Shown here in pieces: positions 1 to 12,724 of a stretch of DNA of 64,000 nt (its first letter is position 1; each line of letters begins with the position of its first letter). The stretch is from Octopus bimaculoides. Taxonomy: Eukaryota. The notes beneath the pieces were generated by a model, which saw only the letters and a list, made by a program, of their open reading frames with translations, made no database searches and was not told where the DNA came from. Location of the stretch: positions 115,925,952 through 115,989,951 of the forward strand of contig NC_068986.1 of assembly GCF_001194135.2 (NCBI RefSeq), given 5' to 3'. A program made the position numbers and the translations under genes.

Positions 1-395
1 AGGACTGAACTCAATACCATATGATTGCAAAGTGAATGTTGTGAAGGCACACAAACTTGTGATTAGAATGTTTGACCTCAGAATTATAAAGTTGTGGTTT
101 CAATTCTAAGACAGCGCAGTGCATTGTACTTTAGCAAAAACACTTCATTTTCTGTTGTTCTAGTCTGCTCTGCTGAAAATAATTACCAGTAATGTCTTGG
201 GGTTGGGGTAAACCAGTGACACATTGGTGTTTAGTTCAAAAGGCAGTGTTGTACTCCCAGTTACTTATATACCAAACAAAAAAAAAGAAAACTAGGATAA
301 ACACCTGCTTAATGATATTGTAGGGTTGTGACAGACTTAGATCTAAGGGGTGTGTGTGTGTGTGTTTGGTTGTGTCTTGGAAGAGCCATTACACC

Positions 396-429
<34 letters not shown>

Positions 430-649
430 TGCACAGGTTCAAACCCACTCCTTTATTTTTAGTCATTTTGTTAAGTATCTAACCAAGTAGCTCATTGATG
501 GTTTGTTTGATGTGTTGGTTTAGCAGTCAATTGGTTTGTTGGTCTGTCAAAGTTTCTTTTGTTTTCCAATTGCATCCTTTTCAGTGACTCGTGATCTCCA
601 GACTCACTTTGAAGGCTGCTTTCAAATATGTATATATATATATATATAT

Positions 650-817
650 GGGAGAATGTACGAAAAAAAACAACAACAGACGAGGACACGTGGTGTAAAC
701 AACAAAAGGATGTATTAGTTTGACACTCGGGAATACAGAAAGTCTTTAACGTTTCGAGCTACGCTCTTCAACAGAAAGACTACGGAGAAAACAAGGAGAA
801 AAACACGGAGAAAAAAA

Positions 818-824
<7 letters not shown>
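650..824 (-). mobile_element. Penelope-like pseudo-LTR fragment carrying a hammerhead, inserted in (TA)n
   Basis: Unique ~175-bp segment between two (TA)n tracts containing the hammerhead. Shares the downstream motif ACCACGT(G)TCCTCG..TGTTG with the 10170-10325 segment. Confidence 0.6.
742..780 (-). ncRNA. Minimal type-I hammerhead ribozyme motif, degenerate (A6->U)
   Basis: Minus strand: GUCUUU CUGUUGA A GAGC-GUA-GCUC GAAAC GUU AAAGAC. Perfect 6-bp helix I, 4-bp helix II, ACGU palindromic helix III. Confidence 0.75.
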
Positions 825-867
<43 letters not shown>

Positions 868-894
868 CACATATATACATATATATATATATAT

Positions 895-1290
895 GGCTGT
901 GTGGTGAAAAGGCTTGCTTGCTAACCATCTGGTCTTGGTTTCAATCCTACTATGTGGCACCTTGGGTAATTGTCTTCTACTATATCCCTGCGCTACGAGT
1001 TGGTTTGATAGTTAGAAACTGGAAGAATCCTATCGTGTGTGTATGTAAGTGCACCTTTGTTTTGACATGATGTAATAGTTGTAAACAAGCATCACTGTCA
1101 TCCAAGCGATGTTGTTTGTTTCCAGTCTTCCATGAAAAACGCGTTTGGTCATGGGGAAATATTACCTTACTTGGAACCAAGTGGAGGTTGGAGACAGGAA
1201 GGGCGTCCAGCTGTAGTATATATATGCTTCAGTAAATTCTGTTTGACCCATGCAAAGCATAGAAAAGTGGACATTAAAATGTGAGTGATG
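895..1290 (+). mobile_element. SINE family B (family-A head, different body, RTE-like CCATGCAAGCATGG/(GAT)n tail)
   Basis: Other copies at about 1973-2377, 5617-5975, 29554-29946 and 61055-61598 (+), and partial at 24770-24930 and 26110-26300 (-). Confidence 0.8.
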
Positions 1291-4200
1291 ATCATGTATT
1301 GTAAAATAAATCTAAGATTGCAGCTTATAATGTGTTAATAAATCAAATGGAATGAAATACTGCAGACGGTTGTAAACAACCTCTCTTATGTAAAGTCTCT
1401 GTATGAACATGAAAAGAACATTTTAGATGTCTTGTGTGTGTTACAGCATCAAAACAAACACTGCTTCATTTGTTAAGAACATTATATATATATATATATG
1501 TGGCTGTGTGTTAAGGTATACCTACAACATCACCCTAACAACACTATCTCTCCCATTCTGTCTAGACATATCTACAACCATCCTAACAACACTTTCTCTC
1601 CCATTCTGTCTAAAAGTATACGGTTACAGCAGCACCAATAAGCTTTACTAGCTTCAAATGCTGTACTCAGATGTACAGAGGAAATGGTAACTCCAACAAA
1701 GTCTACCTTCCCCATATCTATTTGAACCACCACCAGAGGGCGCCTCTGTGTTGTTATGTGCTTTGCTACATATAGTAGCCAAATTTCTCTCAAATAACGT
1801 TGTACCGTTTTAAAAAGAATGACAGAGTTCAGTGAGTTCAGGAATGTAGAATCTTAACATTTTGACCGTTGGCCTTCATCCAGGAGTGAGGAGTGGTGTT
1901 GCTAGGGTTTTTAGGAAGCTTTGCAAATGCACACCATTACCCTGATTTACCCTGATTTAGCCTTTTGATTTGGCTGTGGTTAAGAAGTTTACTTCCCAGC
2001 TGCATGGCTTTCCGGTTCAATCTCTGTGTGTGGCATCTTCAGCAACTGTTTTCTACTGAAGCCCTGGGCTGACCAAAGCCTTGTGAGTGGATTAGGTTGA
2101 GAGAAACTGAAAGAAGCCTGTCATGCATATGAGTGTGTGTGTGTGTGTGTCCTTGTCTTGACATTATGTCAGTGTTGTAAATAAACACCATTTGTTTTTC
2201 AATATCCTGTGAAAAATGCCTGGCCACTGAGAATTATTACCTTATTTGGAAACAGGTAAGGGTTGGCAATAAGAAAGGCATCTGGCTATAGAAAATCTAC
2301 CTTGGCAAATTTCATTTGGCCCATGCAAAGATGGAGAAGTGAATGTTGAAACATTGATGATGATGATGATGATGATGCAGCGTGTGTGCAAATGAGATGG
2401 CCTCTGCTGAAACCCTTTTGATAATAGGTCTGCTGGATTGCTGTAGCTGACCTCGGGCTACACAACAACCACCTTGACCACTAAATATTCCAATGGTGAT
2501 GATGTTACTGTTGCTTAGCAGCTCTTGGTCTGTTTTGACTGAGAAGATCTACAGTGAAAGATATCGAATCCATGGACTTCTCATTCCTTTCTTGAGTATT
2601 GTACATCTCAGATCACGTTATCCAAGTTTTCCAAGTCAGTAGAATATAATATGAACATTTGGTTGCTATTTCTAGCAAACGAAGCAACCACACGGAAGTT
2701 CCCTCATTAGCTTATTGATGCTGTTTTGTTTTGTTTTGGTTTAACCCCAGGTCAACCTAATCTAACAGACCAAGGTCAAAGATACTCCATCCACGGTAAC
2801 CCTCTATCGAGGTGTGCATCATCCAATTTCCTTCTTTGTCTCAGAGAGTAGTCTTTGAGTTGGGAAATATTTGGCTGCTATTTCTAGCAAGTTGATTGAT
2901 CATTTAGAAGCTTCCTTGTAGGCTGATCTTTGATACTTTAATTGCAGCTGGAGGTATAAAATACATTATATATCATCATCATCATCATCATCATTTAACA
3001 TCCGTTTTTCCATGCTGGTATGAGTTGGATACTTTGGCAGGAGTTGCAAACCAGAAGACTGCACCAAGCTCTGTTGTCTGCTTTGGCATGGTTTCTACGA
3101 CTGGATGCCTTTCCAAATGTCAACCACTTGATAGTGTGTATTGAATGCTTTTTGCATGGCACCAGCACTGGAGGCAGGGGTCACCAAGAAACATAGCAAG
3201 ACAAAGACCCCCTTAACTAGGATAGGAATAGTATTTAAGATGGCTTTGTGCCAGTTGATGAGAAGTGGAAAAGTATAATAAGAGGGATTGAGATAGGGGT
3301 TTTAACTGTAGAAGAGATTACATGCCCATCCCATTTGGAAAAGAAAGAATGAGTTAGAGAGAAAGAGGGACAGAGTTAAAGATTGAAAGAGAGAGAGAGA
3401 GAGAGAGATTTCTGAAAGAGTTTTGCTTTTATTTTTTACTTATGACCAACAAAATGAATTGAGAATTGTTCTCATAATTCTATGAGCTTGCCTGTGCTCA
3501 AACTTTCCCCGGTGGAAAGGTTTTCTCTCAGAGGAAATATTTGTTCATTTACTCCAGATTGATATAATTATGAATTTTTAACAGCATCCACACCTGCCGA
3601 ACCTAAATGCTGACCATTATCTTTCGAACTTGTCATCACTGTTGCTGAAATAATCATTAATTCAGTTTATTTCGTCATCACTTGATTCAGTGTTCTAATT
3701 TGCAAACTGCCAAATCCGTGTCTTCATTTAATGACTGGTCTGTTTTTCTATGTTGGCATGGGTCGGGCAATTTGACAGGGTCTGATGAGCTGCAGATCTG
3801 CCTTAGGCCCCAATGACAGCCTTGGGTTGGTCTCTACAGTTGAATGTTCTTCCTAAAGCCAACCACTTTACTGTGTATATAACACAAATGATGCTCAAAA
3901 TTAATAAACTTACCATATTATTTAACCATGACACTTGTATCATCTGTTACAATTGCAATTATATTGTTTTCCAAATCAATTTTGTTTCTGGAAGTTCAAT
4001 AACTTTTTCATCTGTTGATCTTCACCCTGCTCCTCCCTATTTGATATCAGTCTTCCTTGCTGGCATGGGTTGGATGCTTTGACAGAATCTGACCTGATGG
4101 AGGACTATGATGACCATCAATGCCTTTCTTTGACATGATTTCTACAGCTGGGTGTCCTTCCTAATTCCAACCACTTTACAAAATGTACTGGGTTCTTTTT

Positions 4201-7119
4201 TTCATGGCACCGGCACCAGTGAGGTTGCCAAATGACTCCTGAAACAGTGAAAAAAGCCCTCCATGGACAGAGGATAAGAAAGGATAGGTGGGCAAGTTTA
4301 TGAAAGTATGAAAGAACAAGAATGACAGATAGTTAGAGATGAGGGTCAAGATGAATGTAGAGAATGATGAACAAGGTGTGTGTGTGTGTGTGGGGGGGTT
4401 TGATGGTAAATATCAATAAGGTGTGAGGGGAGGTGAAAGATGTTGGAGTGGCTCAGGAAAGAGAGAGGATAAGTGACAGTAGAGGAAGGGTGGAGAACAG
4501 CTGTAAGCTTATAGAAGATAGGTCAGAAAATAGGGTGATGATGTACAGGAAGGGAGATAGATGTACAGTGATAGGGATGGAAGTCAGAGGTATGTAGGGG
4601 TGGCTTAGTGAGTAGGGGGATAGGAAAGGGGGGGGGGAAGCTGCTGATGGCACAAATAAAAGATGAGGTATTTCCTTAAACCCTGATCATTCCTTATATT
4701 TGTACATACTGCCACATTATAATAAATACATTGTACCGCTTACACATATTGTTCTGACCCATGCAAGCTTGGAAAAGTAGATGTTAAAATGATGATGATG
4801 ATGATAACCTGTACATAATTATATTAAACATATATTTGTACACACCTACACACAATCATATATTTGTACATACTCACACATACATACATTTGTGCACCCC
4901 ACCACATATGCATATATTTGTACACCTCCACACATTATACATACATTTGTACAAACCCATGTATATATTGAGACATGTTTGTTCTTTTCTTTCTCCATTT
5001 TTTTACTCCCCTCGTCTTTTCTTTCTATAGCAGAGTGTATACTCAAAACATAAAAGAATCTTTTCCTTCTATTTTTCCTGAGTGTAAGTCTTATACACCA
5101 TTTTTTTTCTTTACCTCATCTTCGTGTATTTTTATTTTTGCACCAAATGTATATCCATATAGATGTAATTATACTACACATAGCTATATATGTGTATATG
5201 CATCCACACATAACGATGTTATTTGTACAAGTCTACACATAATTATCTATACATTTTTACACACCCACATCCTATACTTACCTGGCCACATGTCTACACA
5301 CAATATATACTTTTATACACACCCATATCTCCTTTCTTATAGAAAATGGATCAAATGAATGAGGTGTTGGCCCAATTGATCAACATCTCAAAGTCTGCTT
5401 GAAGCTCTTTTGTTGTTGATGTTGTTTAGCCTAGTTAAGGGCACCAGTTGAGCAGGTCTGTGATCACTGGTGCCCCATGTGTCTGTTGTATATGTGTGGA
5501 TATATTGGAAATTGATGCTTTACCCCATTGCTTCTCTGAGTTCCGCATTTCTCTTGCATTCTTCAAGGAACATGTATTAAGCACTTACAACCCTCCACCC
5601 CCACCACACACACTCTGCTGTATGGTTAAGAAGTTTGCTTTCCAATCACATAGTTTCAGGTTCAGGCCTACTGCGTGGTGCCTTGGGTAAGTATATTCTG
5701 TTACGGTACAGGGCTGACGAAGCCTTGTCAATAAATTCTGTAGATGAAAACAGTGTTGGAGGGGGGGTCTAATCTGCGTATGTGTGTGTGTGTGTGTGCC
5801 TCGACATCGCAATAGTTGTGTCCTTTATTTTGAACCTTCCTTGAAAACATGTTTGACCATGGGGGAAATATAACCTTGCTTGGCAACAAGTGAGGCTTGG
5901 TGACAGGAAAATCCACCTCAACAAATTCTATCCAACTCATGCAAGCATGGAAAAAGGGACAGTAAAATGATGATAAGGAGGAAGAATTTCTTTTATTCTC
6001 TGTTTATCTCTATATAAGTGTGTGTGTGTGATCATCATCATCATCATTGTTAAATGTCTGCCTGCCATGCTGGCATGGGTTGGACGATTCGACAGGAGCC
6101 TGCACTAGTCTTCTGTGTCTGTTTTGGCAGGGTTTTTATGGCTGGATGCCCTTCCTAACACCAACCATCCAGCAGAGGGGACCAAGTGCCTTTTAAGGTT
6201 TTACTGCTGGTTGCCCTTCCAAATGCCAACCACTTCACAGTGTGGAATGGATGCTTTGTATGTGGTATCGGCATTGGCAGGGTCATCAAGTAACTTGCAA
6301 AACAGCAATCATTTTAGAAGGGAGGGAAGGGGTATTGGAAGAGGTGATCTTGTCTCAACTGATGAAAGGTTTATAGTGAGACAGAGACAGAAACAGATGT
6401 AACTTCACGAGTGCTGGTTCCACATAAAAAGCACCCAGCAGACACTCTGTAAAGCGGCTGGCATTAGGAAGGGCATCTAGCTGTGGAAACTGTGCAAAAG
6501 CAGACATTAGGATTTGGTGCTGTCTTCTGGCTCATCAGCTCCTGTTGAACTGTTCAACCCATGCTAGCATGGACGATCAACAATAAATGATGATGACGAT
6601 ACCCATACACACACACACACACACACAATGATACACTTTGTAGTTGTATGGAAATTAATATATTAATATACTAAGTCACTCCAGTGTGTTATTGTTAGGT
6701 TTTCCAAAAGACATATTTACGTAATCTGTTTTAATAGTTCATAAATTAAAAGGAAAAAAGGGAGAAAAAAATTGCACACAATTTTGGGTTAGGGTTATTC
6801 TGTCATTGAAACATACACGAGTTGTTGTTGTTGTTGTTGTTGTTAAACGCAGCTGATTGGCAGAACCATTAAAGTAGCAGCATATAATTGCTTTGCAGTA
6901 TTTGTTGTGGCTCTTTGCATTCTGAGTTCAAATCCTGCCAAGGTTAACTTTTCCTTTCATTCTTTTGGGGTCAGTTAAATAAGTACCAGTTGAGCCCTGG
7001 GATCAATGTAATTGACTTACCCCTTCCCCTAAAATGGGTGGCCTTGGACCAAAATTTCAATTATTATTTCTAAGGGTGTCTGAGAAGACCTGTTGAGTCA
7101 AGTAAAACCAATATTGTAG

Positions 7120-7690
7120 TTGTGGCCAGTGCCCCCCGACTGGCTCCCGTGCTGGTGGCACGTAAAAAGCACCATCTGAATGTGGTTGCTGCCGGGTCTG
7201 CCTGACTGGCTCCCATGCCAGTGGCACGTAAAAAGCACCATCTGAATGTGGTCGACACCAGGCCTGCCTGACTGGGCCAATGCCAGTACCCCCTGACTGA
7301 GTCTTGTGCCGGTGGCGCGTAAAAATACCATCTGAACGTGGCCAATACCAGTACCCACGAATGGGTCTTGTGCCGGTGGCGTGTAAAAAGCACTATCTGA
7401 ATGTGGCCGATGCCAGTACCCCCTAACTGACCCCTGTGCTAGTGGCACGTAAAAAGCACTATCTGAATGTGATCGATGCCAGGCCCGCCTGACTAGCTCC
7501 TGTGCTGGCGGAATGTAAAAAGCACCCACTACACTCTCGGAGTGGTTGGCATTAGGAAGGGCATCACGCTGTAGAAGCATTGCCAGATCAGATTGGAATC
7601 TAGTGCAGATGCTGGCTCTCCAGACCTCTGTCAAACCGTCCAACCCATGCCAGCATGGAAAACGGACGTTAAACGATGATGATGATGACT
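7120..7690 (+). mobile_element. RTE-type 3' tail with six ~66-bp tandem units
   Basis: Core GGTGGCACGTAAAAAGCACCATCTGAATGTGG recurs at about 7154, 7220, 7311, 7375, 7441 and 7507, then the RTE tail ending CCATGCCAGCATGGAAAACGGACGTTAAACGATGATG. Shorter versions near 10330, 26400, 28990, 34330, 45950, 46840 and 50160. Confidence 0.8.
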
Positions 7691-8083
7691 GATTGGTAGT
7701 ATAGTTAGTGTTAGACAAAATGCATTGCATGTATTCTGGGGATTTTCATGTTCCAAGTTCAAATAACACTCACATCAACTTTGTTTTGCCACTTTCCAAG
7801 GTCGATGAAATGAAGAACCAGTTGCTTATGTCAGAATTTCGGGTGGGTTGTCTCACCTGTCTATGACTTTGTGTTTTGACACCTGGTGCTTTAAAGGAAT
7901 CATCTCCACAGCACCAAACTGCAGCCTGCTGGTAAACAAGCAAAGCACATACATTGATTATGTGTGTTTGATAATGTTTACAACTCTAACTCTGCTTCTA
8001 ATTCATAATTGTTATTTATCCTTATGTATGCATTGCCTAGGCATGCCAGCAAATGGGTTTTTTTTAAATGCTATTTGCATATA

Positions 8084-8674
8084 GGCACAGGAGTAGCTGT
8101 GTGGTAAGTAACTTGCTTACCAATTACATGGTTCCAGGTTCAGTCCCACTGCGTGACACCTTGGGCGAGTGTCTTCTACTGTAGCCTCGGGCTGACCAAA
8201 GCCTTATGAGTGGGTTTGGTAGGCAAAAACTGAAAGAAGCCCATCGTTAATATGTATATATATATATATATATATATNNNNNNNNNNNNNNNNNNNNNNN
8301 NNNNNNNNNNNNNNNNNNNNNNNNNNNNNNNNNNNNNNNNNNNNNNNNNNNNNNNNNNNNNNNNNNNNNNNNNNNNNNNNNNNNNNNNNNNNNNNNNNNN
8401 NNNNNNNNNNNNNNNNNNNNNNNNNNNNNNNNNNNNNNNNNNNNNNNNNNNNNNNGTGTATATGTTTGTGTGTCTGTGTTTGTCCCCACAATATCGCTTG
8501 AAAACTGACGCTGGTGTGTTTACGTCCCTGTAACTTAGCGGTTCAGCAAATGAGGCAATTAAAATAAGTACTAGGCTTACAAAGAATAAGTCCTGGGATC
8601 GATTTGCTTGACTAAAAGGTGGTGCTCCAGCATGGCCGCAGTCAAATGACTGAAACAAGTAGAAGAGTAAAGAG
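8084..8674 (+). mobile_element. SINE family A copy (gap in internal microsatellite)
   Basis: Same head and tail as 48016-48423. Confidence 0.8.
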
Positions 8675-9286
8675 CATAGTCAAGGACTGGCAGTTCTGTT
8701 CAGGTACATGAGTGAGGTTGAGAAGCCACAGAAATGGCAAAATGTCGATGCCCTTGGCTCCTGAATAGGATTTGGAGTGTATTGTGTCACTAGTCTATGA
8801 CTTTCGGGTGTTTTAGACGCTGGCACTGAGATGGAGTCATCTCTACTGTGCCAATTTGCAGCCTACCGGCAAATGAGCTGATCGCATACACTGAGTATAA
8901 GTGTTTGATTATATATANNNNNNNNNNNNNNNNNNNNNNNNNNNNNNNNNNNNNNNNNNNNNNNNNNNNNNNNNNNNNNNNNNNNNNNNNNNNNNNNNNN
9001 NNNNNNNNNNNNNNNNNATTTCCTTCATCAATACTGTATTCCAGTAGTAAATTTGACTTTGCTAGCATAGTGGGATTCTCAGCTTTTTTAGCTGCTATTT
9101 CTGAACTTCGGTATTTGGTGAAGCAAATATTTGCTGATCCCGTAATTATATTTATAAATATATATGAGCTTTTAAATAAGTTCTCCACCAATAATGGTGC
9201 TTTCATACCGATGGGCTTGGTAAAAATTATTAATTGTTAATTGATTTATTAATTAATAAATTGATAATCCTTTACCCTTTTAATTT

Positions 9287-9331
<45 letters not shown>

Positions 9332-9692
9332 TATACATACATACATGCATGGTCTGATCTATAAGTATCTAGTCTGTTGCCATATGTTACATGTGTTCCT
9401 TCCAAGCACTGCTGCAAAAAAACAGAAGTGAGCTAGGACTTTAAAATTTAGTGTACATGCACAACAGAATCCAAGGTCAGTCTGTGCCATGCCGCTTCAC
9501 TCTGTGTGCTTTAGCTTCGTTACTATGGCAACAGCCCAGATACTTATTGATCAGACCTTATATATATATACATTTATATATTCGTTTTACAAGATTCTTG
9601 ATGTGAAATCGTGTGTTGAAACAGATATTGTTCTATTTGGGTTGATCATTAGTAAGGAAAGACACACAAATAGGAAAGAAGAAAGCAAAGGA

Positions 9693-9730
9693 CCACTGAT
9701 GAGGTCACAAGTGTGACGAAAGAACTCTGG
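9693..9730 (+). ncRNA. Minimal type-I hammerhead ribozyme motif
   Basis: CCA CUGAUGA G GUCAC-AAGU-GUGAC GAAAG AA CUC UGG. Intact core, 5-bp helix II, only 3-bp helix I. Lies in a ~220-bp segment (9573-9790) flanked by (TA)n. Confidence 0.65.
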
Positions 9731-10216
9731 CAGAAATACGATTTACGTAATGTAAAATAACGCTGAAACAAGTGAACACCAAATATATATATTTAAAACA
9801 ATAGTGAGGAGGATATCATCCTCCTCCTCATTTGATGTCTGTTTCCCATACTAGCACTGGTTGGATGATTTGATCTGGTGAGCTTCAGGGTCATATTCAG
9901 CTCCAGTGCCAACATTGGTGTGGTTTCTATGGTTCATTGCCCTTCATAATGCCAGCTATCTTACAGAGTGTAGTGGGTGTGCCACTTGCAAGGCAAGAAA
10001 AGAAAAGAAAGGAAGAAAAAGAAAACACCCTTTTGAATAAAATGGGTGGAGTATTTGTGAAGTGGGAAGCAGTTTTATGACAGGTGTTGACAGGTTAAAG
10101 TGGGATAGAGGGACAAGCAAGGGTATCTTACTATAAAGGATATATATATATTTTTCAAAACGAATCGTTGGCAATTTCCCCCCACCCTGTCTTTGTTTCC
10201 TATTGGACTTTCCTCT

Positions 10217-10251
10217 GTTTATGAAGAAGAGCTTTGCTCGAAACGTTAAAC
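10217..10251 (+). ncRNA. Minimal type-I hammerhead ribozyme motif, degenerate (C3->A)
   Basis: GUUU AUGAAGA A GAGC-UUU-GCUC GAAAC GUU AAAC. 4-bp helix I, 4-bp helix II, ACGU helix III. Confidence 0.7.
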
Positions 10252-10817
10252 CGTCTTTCTTACCTTCCCTGATCGTCTGCTAATACTTTACATGTACCAC
10301 GTCCTCGCATTGTTGTTTTTTTTTTGTGTTCAGGGGGCACTGGCATCAGCCACATTCAGATGGTGCTTTTAACATGCCACCAGCACAGGAGCCAGTCCGG
10401 CGGCACTGGCAACGGCCATGCTCGAATGTTGTTTTTATGTGCCACCGGCACGGCAATGCTGGCAATGATCACGCTTGAATGGTGCTTTTTATGTGCCAAT
10501 ATCTCTCTCTCNNNNNNNNNNNNNNNNNNNNNNNNNNNNNNNNNNNNNNNNNNNNNNNNNNNNNNNNNATATATATTAGTTTGTGTATGAAATACAAAAT
10601 ATGTATACATGCAAAATGAGGGGTCTTTCAGATGATGAATTTTGAAATATAAATATACAGACATTTATATTCGCAGGTCCAACTTACATAGAGTACAAAT
10701 GACAGAGAAAATTAAAGGGGTTTGTTCTCTGTGTAAGTTGGACATATTGATATAAGTGTCTGCATAATTATACTTGAGTTCATCATCTGAAAGTTTTTAT
10801 GTTTTGCATGTATACAT

Positions 10818-11196
10818 ACTCTTTTACTTGTTTCAGTCATTTGACTGCGGCCATGCTGGATCACCGCCTTTAGTCAAGCAAATCGACCCCAGAACTTATT
10901 CTTTGTAAGCCTAGTACTTATTCTATCGGTCTCTTTTGCTGGACTGTTAAGTTACAGGGATGTAAACACACCATCAGCTGTCAAGCGATGTTGGAGGGAC
11001 AAACACAAACACACACACTCACAGACACACACACGACAGGATTCTTTCAGTTTCCATCTATCAAATCCACTCACAAGGCTCTGATTGGCCCAAGGCTACA
11101 GTAGAAGACACTTGCCTAAAGTGCCATGCAGTGGGACTGAACCCAGAACCATGTGGCTGGTAAGCAAGCTACTTACCACACAGCCACTCCTGCACC
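10818..11196 (-). mobile_element. SINE family A copy
   Basis: Same head and tail, reverse orientation. Confidence 0.8.
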
Positions 11197-11663
11197 TACA
11201 CACACACACATAAAGACACACAGACACTGGTATACAAATAATCAGATAGAGATCCACCATTAGTTTATTGAATATAAACACTTTCATTTTCATTATATTC
11301 TTACTCGCACGCATGAGCATTGCCTACGCACGTGTATCCACAGTCACATGTATTCAGATTGAAACCAGCTTTTATCAAGCATATTTCTGATCAATATACA
11401 CTGGATAGGTTGCTTGAAAATGGTGTAAAATGATTATTGGTTGATGTAACAGCAGCTACTTTTGTGTGTAAAGGCGTGTATGTAGGGTGGTGCAGGTGGG
11501 AGGAATATTGGGCTGGATCTTGGAAATGAAGGTGTGAAGAAGAAATATGTTGGAAATATGTTGAGTGGCAAAGTGGATCAGATGATGGTGACTAGAGTGA
11601 GATGAAAATGGACAAAGTTGTAGGAACTGGGTGGCTTGCTAATGAGATGGGAGGTATTTCTGA

Positions 11664-12000
11664 AACTGAAAGGTGTATGCTGCACATGTGAGAAGTGTTA
11701 CAATTTATGGGAGCAAGACCTGGGTAATAAATGTAGAAAATTAGAGAAGGTTGGAAAGAATGGAAGTGAGAATGGTTTCATGAATAGCTGGTGTATTGCT
11801 GTGAGAGAGGAAGGTGAAGAATGACTTGCATTTGATGATGGGAATAGAGGCAGTAATAATATATAGTGTAAAGAGAAATGGGATGACATGGTTAGATCAT
11901 GTGCTGAAGAAGGCTGGAAATGATTTGAGTGAGTGAGATGATGGTCATGAAATGTAGAAGGAAGTATTGGAAGGGGGGAAGACTGAGGAAGACATGGCTA
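11664..12000 (+). mobile_element. Old RTE LINE ORF2 C-terminal remnant
   Basis: Decayed reading LKG..VRSVTIYGSKTW..RRLERMEVRM...HVL...EGSIGRG.RKTW, with stops and frameshifts. Confidence 0.65.
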
Positions 12001-12231
12001 AAGGTAATGGGGCAAGAAGGTGGTTGTGGTGGGATGTAGGGGAATAGAATAGAATGGAGAAGACTATTGTGGAGCTTCCATCCTGCTACATTGTAGTTGC
12101 AGAGTTGACATTGCTAAAGAGACTTGAGCCAGGTGTCATGGAATGACCAGGTGAAAATAATCTCTCTTCATTAAAAAAAAAAAAAGAAAGAATATAATGA
12201 ATAAATATATGTCTGTATGTATTCAAATGTG

Positions 12232-12284
<53 letters not shown>

Positions 12285-12409
12285 CAAAAATTTAGATTCA
12301 GATGAATTAGGTACTTGAGTTGGGGCACCTGAATTTAGTACGGTATTATCCATACAGTTTCAAAATAAGGTGATTAAAATCAAAATAAGCAACAGGATAT
12401 CCAGAAGTA

Positions 12410-12497
12410 ATGCAGTACAATCGTTTCAAGCGACTCCATTTAACTGAACAATGCAACCATTACATTAATTTAAATGCAGAGCAATCCTCAGCTGCAT
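12410..12497 (-). ncRNA. Type-I hammerhead motif with enlarged helix II domain
   Basis: Minus strand: AUGCAG CUGAGGA [~57 nt] GAAAC GAUU GUA CUGCAU. Perfect 6-bp helix I, GUA cleavage triplet; base of helix II imperfect. Confidence 0.65.
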
Positions 12498-12636
12498 AAA
12501 GACATAGAATTAAATTAAATTAAAGCTAAAGTGAAGACAGCATGTTCTTTGTCTATCTCTTTACCTTCTTGGAGGTTTTAAGTAAAATTATCCTAATGTG
12601 TCCATCTGTTTTAATTTCATTTAATTCTATACATTT

Positions 12637-12724
12637 ATGCGGCTGAGGATTGCTCTGCATTTAAATTGATGTAATGGTTGCATTGTTCAATTAAATGGAG
12701 TTGCTTGAAACGATCATACTGCAT
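12637..12724 (+). ncRNA. Second (inverted) copy of the enlarged-helix-II hammerhead, more decayed
   Basis: AUGCGG CUGAGGA ... GAAAC GAUC AUA CUGCAU. G16.2->A breaks helix III. Confidence 0.55.

Noticed and set aside
6355-6405. CTGATGA...GAAACAGATGTA as a hammerhead
   Set aside because: No helix I or helix II pairing. Similar incomplete matches near 20990, 36250 and 36870 were rejected for lacking GAAA or stems.
7120-7530. CRISPR array
   Set aside because: Eukaryotic context, no cas genes, linkers are homologous to each other, and the array is part of an RTE 3'UTR.
8790-9240. ORFs of 130-138 aa on both strands
   Set aside because: Span an N gap, show no recognisable domain, and lie in a repeat-like segment.
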